From: Escherichia coli
Lineage (GTDB): Bacteria > Pseudomonadota > Gammaproteobacteria > Enterobacterales > Enterobacteriaceae
NCBI RefSeq assembly: GCF_013315695.1
Contig: NZ_CP054353.1
Direction: 5' to 3' (one strand)
DNA: 64,000 nt
The notes under the pieces are model-generated. The model saw only the letters and a list, made by a program, of their open reading frames with translations. It was not told the origin of the DNA and did no database searches. The position numbers were made by a program, and so were the translations under genes. Below are positions 20,968-33,202 of the stretch, in pieces (the stretch's first letter is position 1; every line of letters starts with the position of its first letter).

Positions 20968-21858
20968 TTATGCCGTTACGCATGCCAAACGTTCCTGCAC
21001 AATGGCGATGAAATCGCGTAATGCCGGCTTCATCTCCCCTTTCTTCCACGCCATCAGTAAAGCAATGGCAGGCACATTTCCGGCAATGGGTCGAAATACC
21101 ACCTGGCCGGTATTAAAATTATTCATATAACCGGGTATCAAAGTGACGCCCAGCCCCATCCCCACCAGATTCATGGTCACCAGAATATTCGTTGCCACCT
21201 GGACGATATTTGGCTGGCTGTTTTCTTGCGCAAACCACGCTTTAACGATCGGCGCAAGCGAACCGGAATACGCTGGATCAGTACTGACGAAATTCACGCC
21301 ATCCAGTTGCGCGGCAGTGATCTCTTTTTCATGTGCTAAAGGGTGATCAACCGGTAACACCACCACTAATGGTTCGTCAAAAAGCTCCAGATAATCAATC
21401 TCCGGGCTATAAACGGGATGGCGCATTAAGCCGACGTCGAGTTCACCACGGCGAATTTTTTCTTCCTGTTCCGTGGTGATTAAACTCACCAGCTCAATTA
21501 AGGTGTCTGGCTGTCTGAGACGAAACATCGGTAATACTTTTGGCAGTAAATTCACTTCCGCCGATGGCACAAAGCCAATGGTTAATTGTCTGTCTTCCTG
21601 AACAATTTTCCGCGCCCGTAATTTGGCATTTTCCGCTTGTTCGAGGATTGCCAGCGCGTCCTGGAGAAAACATTCTCCCGCCGCCGTCAACGCGACTTTG
21701 CGCTTATCCCTCACCAGTAACGGAACACCGACACAGTTTTCAAGATCGCGGATCTGGCTGCTTAACGAAGGCTGTGAGGTATGCAGTTTTTCCGCCGCAC
21801 GGGTAAAGTTCAGTGCCTGCGCCACTGCGACGAAATAGCGTAAATGCCGTAGTTCCAT
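20968..21858 (-). CDS. hcaR: LysR-type regulator of the hca operon, 296 aa
   Basis: ATG at 21858 with AAGGGGAAGG upstream; MELRHLRYFVAVAQ... helix-turn-helix N-terminus. Divergent from hcaE. Confidence 0.93.
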   Translation of the reverse strand: MELRHLRYFVAVAQALNFTRAAEKLHTSQPSLSSQIRDLENCVGVPLLVRDKRKVALTAAGECFLQDALAILEQAENAKLRARKIVQEDRQLTIGFVPSAEVNLLPKVLPMFRLRQPDTLIELVSLITTEQEEKIRRGELDVGLMRHPVYSPEIDYLELFDEPLVVVLPVDHPLAHEKEITAAQLDGVNFVSTDPAYSGSLAPIVKAWFAQENSQPNIVQVATNILVTMNLVGMGLGVTLIPGYMNNFNTGQVVFRPIAGNVPAIALLMAWKKGEMKPALRDFIAIVQERLACVTA

Positions 21859-21957
21859 CACCTTCCCCTTGTTATCGAAAAAACGTCTCAGCTGGTAGAA
21901 ATTAACTATTTCACATATCAGCAACCAACCAGCAACATCCTTATGGCACAAAAATAG

Positions 21958-23869
<1,912 letters not shown>

Positions 23870-23870
<1 letters not shown>

Positions 23871-24190
23871 TGAATCGAATTTATGCGTGTCCCGTTGCGG
23901 ATGTGCCGGAGGGTGAGGCTCTCCGGATCGATACCTCGCCCGTCATCGCCCTGTTCAACGTAGGCGGCGAGTTTTATGCCATTAACGATCGTTGCAGCCA
24001 TGGTAATGCGTCGATGTCAGAAGGGTATCTGGAAGATGACGCCACGGTGGAGTGCCCGCTGCACGCCGCCAGTTTTTGCCTGAAAACGGGGAAAGCATTA
24101 TGCCTGCCCGCCACCGATCCGCTAACCACTTATCCAGTACACGTTGAAGGTGGTGACATCTTCATCGACTTACCGGAGGCGCAGCCATGA
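23870..24190 (+). CDS. hcaC: Rieske ferredoxin component, 106 aa
   Basis: CSHGN...CPLHAASF motif. Confidence 0.93.
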
Positions 24191-24999
24191 GCGATCTGCA
24201 TAACGAGTCCATCTTTATTACCGGCGGCGGTTCGGGATTAGGCCTGGCGCTGGTCGAGCGATTTATCGAAGAAGGCGCGCAGGTTGCCACGTTGGAACTG
24301 TCGGCGGCGAAAGTCGCCAGTCTGCGTCAGCGATTTGGTGAACATATTCTGGCGGTGGAAGGCAACGTGACCTGTTATACCGATTATCAACGCGCGATCG
24401 ATCAGATCCTGACTCGTTCCGGCAAACTGGATTGTTTTATCGGCAATGCGGGCATCTGGGATCACAATGCCTCACTGGTTAATACTCCCGCAGAGACGCT
24501 CGAAACCGGCTTCCACGAGCTGTTTAACGTCAACGTACTCGGTTACCTGCTGGGCGCAAAAGCCTGCGCTCCGGCGTTAATCGCCAGTGAAGGCAGCATG
24601 ATTTTCACACTGTCAAATGCCGCCTGGTATCCTGGCGGCGGTGGCCCGCTGTACACCGCCAGTAAACATGCCGCAACCGGACTTATTCGCCAACTGGCTT
24701 ATGAACTGGCACCGAAAGTGCGGGTGAATGGCGTCGGCCCGTGTGGTATGGCCAGCGACCTGCGCGGCCCACAGGCGCTCGGGCAAAGTGAAACCTCGAT
24801 AATGCAGTCTCTGACGCCGGAGAAAATTGCCGCCATATTACCGCTGCAATTTTTCCCGCAACCGGCGGATTTTACGGGTCCGTATGTGATGTTGGCATCG
24901 CGGCGCAATAATCGCGCATTAAGCGGTGTGATGATCAACGCTGATGCGGGTTTAGCGATTCGCGGCATTCGCCACGTAGCGGCTGGGCTGGATCTTTAA
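24187..24999 (+). CDS. hcaB: cis-dihydrodiol dehydrogenase (SDR family), 270 aa
   Basis: [13 protein letters not shown]-binding motif. Confidence 0.93.
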   Translation: MSDLHNESIFITGGGSGLGLALVERFIEEGAQVATLELSAAKVASLRQRFGEHILAVEGNVTCYTDYQRAIDQILTRSGKLDCFIGNAGIWDHNASLVNTPAETLETGFHELFNVNVLGYLLGAKACAPALIASEGSMIFTLSNAAWYPGGGGPLYTASKHAATGLIRQLAYELAPKVRVNGVGPCGMASDLRGPQALGQSETSIMQSLTPEKIAAILPLQFFPQPADFTGPYVMLASRRNNRALSGVMINADAGLAIRGIRHVAAGLDL

Positions 25000-26211
<1,212 letters not shown>

Positions 26212-26286
26212 CCAGGATAATTAGCGAATATCTCAACTCCTGGGGCGTGGCGAGGTGCCAGAGTGTGTATTACGTTTAAATCACAT

Positions 26287-26295
26287 TATCTTGCA
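26287..26295. repeat. IS1 copy 2 target-site duplication (TATCTTGCA)
   Basis: Identical 9-mer at 27064-27072 directly flanking the other end. Confidence 0.9.
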
Positions 26296-26310
26296 GGTAA
26301 TGACTCCAAC

Positions 26311-26814
26311 TTATTGATAGTGTTTTATGTTCAGATAATGCCCGATGACTTTGTCATGCAGCTCCACCGATTTTGAGAACGACAGCGACTTCCGTCCCAG
26401 CCGTGCCAGGTGCTGCCTCAGATTCAGGTTATGCCGCTCAATTCGCTGCGTATATCGCTTGCTGATTACGTGCAGCTTTCCCTTCAGGCGGGATTCATAC
26501 AGCGGCCAGCCATCCGTCATCCATATCACCACGTCAAAGGGTGACAGCAGGCTCATAAGACGCCCCAGCGTCGCCATAGTGCGTTCACCGAATACGTGCG
26601 CAACAACCGTCTTCCGGAGCCTGTCATACGCGTAAAACAGCCAGCGCTGGCGCGATTTAGCCCCGACATAGCCCCACTGTTCGTCCATTTCCGCGCAGAC
26701 GATGACGTCACTGCCCGGCTGTATGCGCGAGGTTACCGACTGCGGCCTGAGTTTTTTAAGTGACGTAAAATCGTGTTGAGGCCAACGCCCATAATGCGGG
26801 CTGTTGCCCGGCAT
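26311..26814 (-). CDS. insB: IS1 InsB reading frame, 167 aa
   Basis: Identical protein to the 6287..6790 ORF. Confidence 0.93.
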
Positions 26815-27008
26815 CCAACGCCATTCATGGCCATATCAATGATTTTCTGGTGCGTACCGGGTTGAGAAGCGGTGTAAGTGAACTGCAGTTGCCATGTTTT
26901 ACGGCAGTGAGAGCAGAGATAGCGCTGATGTCCGGCGGTGCTTTTGCCGTTACGCACCACCCCGTCAGTAGCTGAACAGGAGGGACAGCTGATAGAAACA
27001 GAAGCCAC
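26733..27008 (-). CDS. insA: IS1 InsA, 91 aa
   Basis: Identical protein to the 6093..6368 ORF. Confidence 0.95.
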
Positions 27009-27063
27009 TGGAGCACCTCAAAAACACCATCATACACTAAATCAGTAAGTTGGCAGCATCACC

Positions 27064-27072
27064 TATCTTGCA
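27064..27072. repeat. IS1 copy 2 target-site duplication (TATCTTGCA)
   Basis: Matches 26287-26295. Confidence 0.9.
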
Positions 27073-27084
27073 AAGGGATTGGTT

Positions 27085-27507
27085 ATGAACACACTACGTT
27101 ATTTTGATTTTGGAGCTGCCCGCCCCGTTTTGTTATTAATTGCCCGTATCGCCGTGGTCTTAATTTTCATTATTTTTGGTTTTCCCAAAATGATGGGCTT
27201 TGACGGTACGGTCCAATATATGGCCTCGCTGGGCGCGCCGATGCCGATGCTGGCAGCTATTATTGCGGTAGTTATGGAAGTGCCCGCCGCGATATTAATC
27301 GTGCTTGGCTTTTTCACCCGTCCGCTGGCGGTGCTGTTTATTTTCTACACGCTGGGTACAGCGGTAATTGGTCACCATTACTGGGATATGACCGGCGATG
27401 CGGTTGGGCCAAATATGATTAATTTCTGGAAGAATGTCAGTATCGCTAGCGCATTCCTGCTGTTGGCAATTACCGGGCCGGGGGCGATTTCTCTCGATCG
27501 CCGTTAG
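27085..27507 (+). CDS. yphA: DoxX-family inner membrane protein YphA, 140 aa
   Basis: ATG at 27085 with AAGGGA 6 nt upstream; four predicted transmembrane helices. Confidence 0.88.
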   Translation: MNTLRYFDFGAARPVLLLIARIAVVLIFIIFGFPKMMGFDGTVQYMASLGAPMPMLAAIIAVVMEVPAAILIVLGFFTRPLAVLFIFYTLGTAVIGHHYWDMTGDAVGPNMINFWKNVSIASAFLLLAITGPGAISLDRR

Positions 27508-27513
27508 GAAAGA

Positions 27514-27544
27514 TGCCGGATGTGGCGTGAACGCCTTATCCGGC
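27514..27544. repeat. REP element
   Basis: GCCGGATGTGGCGTGAACGCCTTATCCGGC. Confidence 0.7.
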
Positions 27545-27554
27545 ATTTTATAAA

Positions 27555-28427
27555 TTACAGCAACGCAACCCGCAACGACATCTCTGAAGTTGTTGATTCC
27601 CCTGGTGCAAGCGCAATGAGGTCACCACCTTCCGGACGATGATGGTCATCCGGCGCATGGCTCATCGGTTCCAGACAGAAGAAATCAAACGCATATCCTT
27701 TATCAAACGCCGGGTCGGAAACAAAGATGAAATAACACGGTGCAGGTGGCGTCGTTTCCATGATGATGGCATAACCCTCCTGCGGCTGCTCGATGCGGGC
27801 CTTACCATTCCATCCGGCAAAACCATTGTTTACCCACTGGCGCGGCAACGGCGTGAGCTGGTTAAAATCCAGTTCCTGCGGTAGCTGCTCGCAAAACTCA
27901 CCCGCCAGCCACTGCTCCCGCTCCAGCCAGTAACCGCTCGCCTGTGCCTGAATCCGCGTTTGCGGCGACAACGGAAAATAAGGATGCCAGCCGGTACCAA
28001 ATGGCAGCGTCTCTGCCCCTTGATTGGTGACAGCGAGCGTCACCGTCAGCGTATCCGCCGTTAAATGAAATGCCTGGCTTACCCGATAGTGATAAACACC
28101 GCTGAGATGTTCATACACCAGACACAAGCTATCATCGCTGCGCGAGACACATTGCCACTCGCCCAACCAGCCATCGCCGTGTAGATAATGCGCATCCCAC
28201 TCAACATTCGGTTGCAGTTGATACTCACGCCCCTGCCAGACAAAACGGTTGCCGCTCACCCGGTTTGCAAATGGTACCAGCGGAAAACAAGAGGCATCGG
28301 TTGCCACACCGCTTTTTTTACCAGGACGTAGCAGCGGCGTCGTATCGCGCCAGAAGCCTTCGATTACGCCGCCCTGATCAGAAACGTCCAGCTTTAGCGG
28401 CCCGTGAGATAAGGTATAGATGGTCAT
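27555..28427 (-). CDS. yphB: Aldose 1-epimerase (mutarotase) family protein YphB, 290 aa
   Basis: Full-length ORF; family assignment from memory; synteny. Confidence 0.85.
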   Translation of the reverse strand: MTIYTLSHGPLKLDVSDQGGVIEGFWRDTTPLLRPGKKSGVATDASCFPLVPFANRVSGNRFVWQGREYQLQPNVEWDAHYLHGDGWLGEWQCVSRSDDSLCLVYEHLSGVYHYRVSQAFHLTADTLTVTLAVTNQGAETLPFGTGWHPYFPLSPQTRIQAQASGYWLEREQWLAGEFCEQLPQELDFNQLTPLPRQWVNNGFAGWNGKARIEQPQEGYAIIMETTPPAPCYFIFVSDPAFDKGYAFDFFCLEPMSHAPDDHHRPEGGDLIALAPGESTTSEMSLRVALL

Positions 28428-28438
28428 CCGCAGACTCC

Positions 28439-29500
28439 TTAATCCGGGAAATTAATCACAACTTTCCCACATTTGCCGCTTGCCATCAGTGCATAAGCAT
28501 CTCCCGCCTGTTCCAGCGAGAAACGGTGGGTAATGGCGTTACGCGGCCACAGTTTCCAGTCCGTTAAATCGTGGGCGCATTTTTCCATATGGAACAGACT
28601 GGTCACCCAGGAGCCGATAATCCGCCGTTGATGGTGCATCAGGTCGGCGCTAACCTCGAACTCGACTTTTCCGGTTTCACCAATGTAAACCACGCGTCCC
28701 CAGTCAGCAGTGGATTGCAGTGCCAGCAAGCGACCTGCGGCATTACCGGAACAATCGAGCGCAACATCCGCGCCGCCGTGGGTGAGTTCGGCGATAATCT
28801 GCGACAGACCTTCGGTCGTTGCTAAATAGCCGTGATCCATCACCCCTAACTGTTTCGCCATCGCCAGACGTTCCGGCAGCATATCAACGCCGATGATCCG
28901 TTTTGCACCGCGACCTTTCGCCAGCATCATCGCCATCATGCCGACCGGCCCCAGACCGACCACCAGCACGTTATCACTGCCGGAAACTTCGCCGCGCAAA
29001 ATCCCTTCATACGCTGTACCAACGCCGCAACTGATAAACGCACCATCTTCATAGCTCAGCGCGTCCGGGAGCAGGATCAGATCTTTTTCTTCCGCCAGCA
29101 GGTATTCAGCATGGCCGCCGTCACGCTGCCAGCCGTAAGCCGCTTTTCCTTCGCCAGTACAAGAGATAGGAAAACCACGACGGCAGTTCGGGCAAAAACC
29201 ACAGCCAGAAATGTGATACACCAGCACACGGTCGCCCTCTTTAAAATGGTGGCAGCCTAGCCCCATCGCCACAATTTGCCCGCACGGTTCATGACCGTTG
29301 ATAAATCCCTGGTATAACGGTTTATCGGGTGCCGCCGCCGTAGCGCGGTGCTGGTGGTAGATATAGTGGACATCGCTTCCGCAAATTCCGGAGGATTTCA
29401 TTTTGATCAGTACCTGGTTAATACCCGGCGTCGGCACCGCAACTTCCCGCAGATCGACGGTCGAATTTCCTGGTAAATAAGCTGCCAGCATCGTTTTCAT
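28439..29500 (-). CDS. yphC: Zn-dependent alcohol/polyol dehydrogenase family protein YphC, 353 aa
   Basis: ATG at 29500 with GAGGG upstream; GICGSDVH, GHEPCG, CGFCPNCRRG and VVGLGPVG motifs. Confidence 0.9.
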   Translation of the reverse strand: MKTMLAAYLPGNSTVDLREVAVPTPGINQVLIKMKSSGICGSDVHYIYHQHRATAAAPDKPLYQGFINGHEPCGQIVAMGLGCHHFKEGDRVLVYHISGCGFCPNCRRGFPISCTGEGKAAYGWQRDGGHAEYLLAEEKDLILLPDALSYEDGAFISCGVGTAYEGILRGEVSGSDNVLVVGLGPVGMMAMMLAKGRGAKRIIGVDMLPERLAMAKQLGVMDHGYLATTEGLSQIIAELTHGGADVALDCSGNAAGRLLALQSTADWGRVVYIGETGKVEFEVSADLMHHQRRIIGSWVTSLFHMEKCAHDLTDWKLWPRNAITHRFSLEQAGDAYALMASGKCGKVVINFPD

Positions 29501-29565
29501 AAATCCCTCATTAACAATACGATTAATTTTCATCCCTGCCGCACCCGCGCCAGGGGCGTTTAGGT

Positions 29566-30564
29566 TTAGCGTTTCGCTTTACTGCTTCGCTGAGTCAGCA
29601 AGATATTCGCCAGCACCGCCACCACGATGATGACGCCGCGCACCACCTGCTGGAAAAAGGAGTTAATCCCTAGCAGCACCAGACCGTTACCGATTAGCGT
29701 AATCACCAGTACGCCAAGCAGCGTACCGAACAACGAGCCGCGACCGCCGGAAAGCGCCGTACCGCCGACCACGACCGCGGCGATGACGTCAAACTCCAGA
29801 CCGTTTGCGGCACCTGCGTTACCGGAACCGAGGCGCGCCGCCAACAAAATGCCGGTCACCGCCGCTAATAATCCCGAAAGGGTAAAAATAAGAATGCGTA
29901 CCCGACGAACGTTAATACCGCACAACTGCGCTGCAGTGGCATTACCGCCAACAGCAAAAACCGAGCGCCCGAAAGCGGTTTTGCGGCTAATGAACACAAA
30001 CAGCGCAAATAACACCATCATGATCAGCGCGGATACCGGCACACCGAGAAATTGTCCGCCCAGCCAGTCCAGCACTTCGTTTTCGTTAATTGGCACTGGC
30101 AAGGCGTTCGTCATAAACAGCCCCATTCCGCGCAGGGCGCTCCATAAACCCAGCGTGGCAACAAAACTTGGCACATTAAACACGCCGCGCAGCACCCCGG
30201 CGAGCGTTCCCATCAGCGCACCTAACAGCAACACCAGCAGACAAGCAATCGCCAGCGGAACTTCAAATTGCAGCAAAAACGCCAGGCACACTGAAACAAA
30301 AGCCACCATCGGCCCAACGCTGACATCAATTTCACCGGAGATAATAATCAGCGTCATCGCCCAGGCGGCGATCCCGATGGTGGCAGCATCGCGCAGCACG
30401 TTCATCTGGTTATTCAATGAGATAAAGCCAGGCGCGTTCAGGGAGAAGACCAGATAAAGAATGGCAATCACCACCAGCAAACCGATCTCATTAATATGGC
30501 GACTGACAAATTGTTTGAGCGAGACGCTCTTGCCCTGCGGCAATGGTAATGACGAAGCAGACAT
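29566..30564 (-). CDS. yphD: Sugar ABC transporter permease YphD, 332 aa
   Basis: Multi-pass hydrophobic ORF; synteny with yphE/yphF. Confidence 0.9.
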   Translation of the reverse strand: MSASSLPLPQGKSVSLKQFVSRHINEIGLLVVIAILYLVFSLNAPGFISLNNQMNVLRDAATIGIAAWAMTLIIISGEIDVSVGPMVAFVSVCLAFLLQFEVPLAIACLLVLLLGALMGTLAGVLRGVFNVPSFVATLGLWSALRGMGLFMTNALPVPINENEVLDWLGGQFLGVPVSALIMMVLFALFVFISRKTAFGRSVFAVGGNATAAQLCGINVRRVRILIFTLSGLLAAVTGILLAARLGSGNAGAANGLEFDVIAAVVVGGTALSGGRGSLFGTLLGVLVITLIGNGLVLLGINSFFQQVVRGVIIVVAVLANILLTQRSSKAKR

Positions 30565-30588
30565 CTTCAGGTTCCTCGGTAAAATTCA

Positions 30589-32100
30589 TCAGTGCACAGA
30601 CAGAATGGCGGACATCAGCTCATCCACATTGACCGGCGAGTGAAACTCCTGCGAGAACGTACCGTGCTGTAATAACAGGATGCGGTCACACACCAGCGGC
30701 AACTCCTCCACTTCACTGGAGATAAACACCACGCTTTTTCCTTCGGCAGCCAGCTCGCGGACAATACGGTAAATCTGCTGTTTGGCTTCGATATCGACGC
30801 CACGCGTTGGCTCGTCGAGCAACAAAATCTGGCTGGCGGCATAGACCCAACGACCGATCACCACTTTTTGCTGATTGCCGCCAGAAAGCGTGCCGATGGG
30901 CGTTTCGCTACTGGCGGCCTTGACCGTCATCCGCTGCATCACCTCTTCGGTCAGGCGGCGGATGGTGGACCATTGCAGCACACCGTTGGCGCTGATTTTT
31001 TGCCGATTGGTCAGCACTGTATTTTCGTCAACGCCCAGCCAGGGAATGATCCCCGCTTCTTTGCGGTTTTCTGGCGTATAGCCAATGCCGCGTTTCAGCA
31101 TGTCGTCGTAATCGGGGCGCGTGATTTTCTCGCCGTTGATAACAATTTCGCCCTGTTCATACGTCTCCAGCCCAACTATGGCTTTCAACAATTCACTGCG
31201 CCCTGCCCCCAGCAGGCCAGCAATGCCGAGCACTTCGCCGCGACGTAGCGTAAAGCTGATATCCTCCAGCTTGGGCTTATGGCGTAACGCACGGACTTCC
31301 AGCACGGCTTGATCCATAATTTCCTGAGGGGCAACCGGCGCAATATCAACGTGATCGCGCCCGAGCATTAGCGACACAATATGATGCGTAGAGGTGTTTT
31401 CGAGCATCACATCGCCCGCTACCTGACCATCGCGCATAACGGTGGCACAGGAGGCAATGCGGCGAATTTCTTCCATCCGGTGGCTGACATAAATCACCGC
31501 CACGCCCAGTGCCGACATCTTTTTCACCGCGCTGATCACCAGTTCAACTTCCGCACTGGCAAGCGAGCTGGTGGGTTCATCAAGAATGACCACGCGCGGC
31601 TCGCCCTTCATCACCCGCGCAATTTCCACCAGTTGCTTTTGCGCCGGGCTTAGCGTTGAAACAAGTTGTTCAGGGCTAACGTCAACGCCCAACGCCTGCA
31701 AGCAACGTTGGGCGTCCTGCGCCATTTGCAGGTAATCAATCATGCCGTTGCGGCGGGGCCACTGACCGAGGCAGAGGTTTTCCGCCACCGTCAGCCCTTC
31801 CACCAGACTTAACTCCTGATAAACCGCACGAACCCCCAGTTCAGCGGCACGGCGAGTCAGCGTAGCTTCGTCACCTTCCAGTCGCGTCTCGCCAATCCAG
31901 ATATCACCGCTATCCGGACGTTCACTGCCGGTAAGCATTCGAATGAGGGTCGATTTGCCCGCGCCGTTTTTGCCTAACAGCGCACGAACTTCGCCTTTAT
32001 TGAGCGTGAAGTTAACGTTATCCAACGCAACGACGCCGGGATAACGCTTATTTCCTGCCACCACTTTTGCTACCGGGACTGCTTCTGTTGCCGTGAACAT
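30589..32100 (-). CDS. yphE: Sugar ABC transporter ATP-binding protein YphE (two nucleotide-binding domains), 503 aa
   Basis: Two Walker A motifs (GKNGAGKST, GLLGAGRSEL) and two signature motifs (LSPAQKQ, LSGGNQQK). Confidence 0.92.
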   Translation of the reverse strand: MFTATEAVPVAKVVAGNKRYPGVVALDNVNFTLNKGEVRALLGKNGAGKSTLIRMLTGSERPDSGDIWIGETRLEGDEATLTRRAAELGVRAVYQELSLVEGLTVAENLCLGQWPRRNGMIDYLQMAQDAQRCLQALGVDVSPEQLVSTLSPAQKQLVEIARVMKGEPRVVILDEPTSSLASAEVELVISAVKKMSALGVAVIYVSHRMEEIRRIASCATVMRDGQVAGDVMLENTSTHHIVSLMLGRDHVDIAPVAPQEIMDQAVLEVRALRHKPKLEDISFTLRRGEVLGIAGLLGAGRSELLKAIVGLETYEQGEIVINGEKITRPDYDDMLKRGIGYTPENRKEAGIIPWLGVDENTVLTNRQKISANGVLQWSTIRRLTEEVMQRMTVKAASSETPIGTLSGGNQQKVVIGRWVYAASQILLLDEPTRGVDIEAKQQIYRIVRELAAEGKSVVFISSEVEELPLVCDRILLLQHGTFSQEFHSPVNVDELMSAILSVH

Positions 32101-32122
32101 AGGGACCTCTGCGAATCAGCGA

Positions 32123-33106
32123 TTAGGGCAGACCATCAACGTGCGTTGCCAGCCACTGTTTACCGTCTTCCGTTTTGGTATAGAGATCGATAGGCACCTG
32201 AATCACTTTTTCACCGTCGGCTTGTTTATTGATAACCTTCAAAGTTTGCGCGAAAACAGCATTGCCCATTTTCTTACCGGAAATATCCACCACCGCTTTC
32301 AACACCTGATTGTTTTCCAGCTCCTGAGCAATTTCAGTGGTCATATCCGAACCGAAAACAGCAATTTTTCCGGCCTGATTTTGATTACGTACCGCTTTTA
32401 CCGCGCCGAGTGTCGCTCCGCCCGATTCCCCCATAATGGCGTTGAGATCCGGCGTGGAGATAATCAGTTTTTCACCAACGGAAATCGCTTTATCTAAAAC
32501 AGTCCCTTCCTGATTAGCGACTATTTGCGCGCCGGGAACGCGGGATTTTAATACTTCTTCAAATCCTTTACGTCGCTGCACACAAACTTCAAAGGCTTCG
32601 CAATTGATGACGGCAATTTTCGGCTGGTCAATTTTGTTGGCAATAAAATAATCGGCGGCAGCATTACCCAGTTTTTTACCAAATTCCAGCGGATCGCCGA
32701 CCAGATACGCCGAGACATATTTATCGACGCCTTTTTGATTAATACAGGTGTTGTAGCAAATCACCGGAATACCCGCTTCACTGGCGCGACGAACGGTACG
32801 GCTACTGCCATTTTCAGACACTGCCGATAAAATAATGGCATCGACATTACGCGCCACGAGGGTATCAACAAAGGTACTTTCTTTCGAAATATCACCCTGG
32901 GCGTTAGTTTCAATTAACTGTACCTGTACTGAAGAATCTTTTGCCGCATCCTGAACGCCCTGACGCACGCCAGCGTAATATCCCTGGGTATCAAGGTATA
33001 TTGCGCCAATGGTCATTTCTTTATCCGCAGCCCTGGCAAATAGTGCGCTACCTAATAGCGTAGCCATTAATAATAGATTACGGGTTGTTCTCATTTTTTT
33101 AGGCAT
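32123..33106 (-). CDS. yphF: Periplasmic sugar-binding protein YphF, 327 aa
   Basis: Signal peptide MPKKMRTTRNLLLMATLLGSALFARA; periplasmic binding protein family by position and size. Confidence 0.9.
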   Translation of the reverse strand: MPKKMRTTRNLLLMATLLGSALFARAADKEMTIGAIYLDTQGYYAGVRQGVQDAAKDSSVQVQLIETNAQGDISKESTFVDTLVARNVDAIILSAVSENGSSRTVRRASEAGIPVICYNTCINQKGVDKYVSAYLVGDPLEFGKKLGNAAADYFIANKIDQPKIAVINCEAFEVCVQRRKGFEEVLKSRVPGAQIVANQEGTVLDKAISVGEKLIISTPDLNAIMGESGGATLGAVKAVRNQNQAGKIAVFGSDMTTEIAQELENNQVLKAVVDISGKKMGNAVFAQTLKVINKQADGEKVIQVPIDLYTKTEDGKQWLATHVDGLP

Positions 33107-33202
33107 AGTGCCTCCTGTAGGGTTTTTATTTACAACGGCTTATTTTAATTATTTGAGCGTGAGCGGCAGCGCGTGCCGCTCAAATATTACAGTTAATAAG
33201 GT

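Larger units (their letters stand above)
26296..27063 (-). mobile_element. IS1: IS1 insertion sequence, 768 bp, copy 2 (inverted relative to copy 1)
   Basis: GGTAATGACTCCAAC... at 26296 and ...ATCAGTAAGTTGGCAGCATCACC ending at 27063. insA/insB translations identical to copy 1. Confidence 0.97.
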
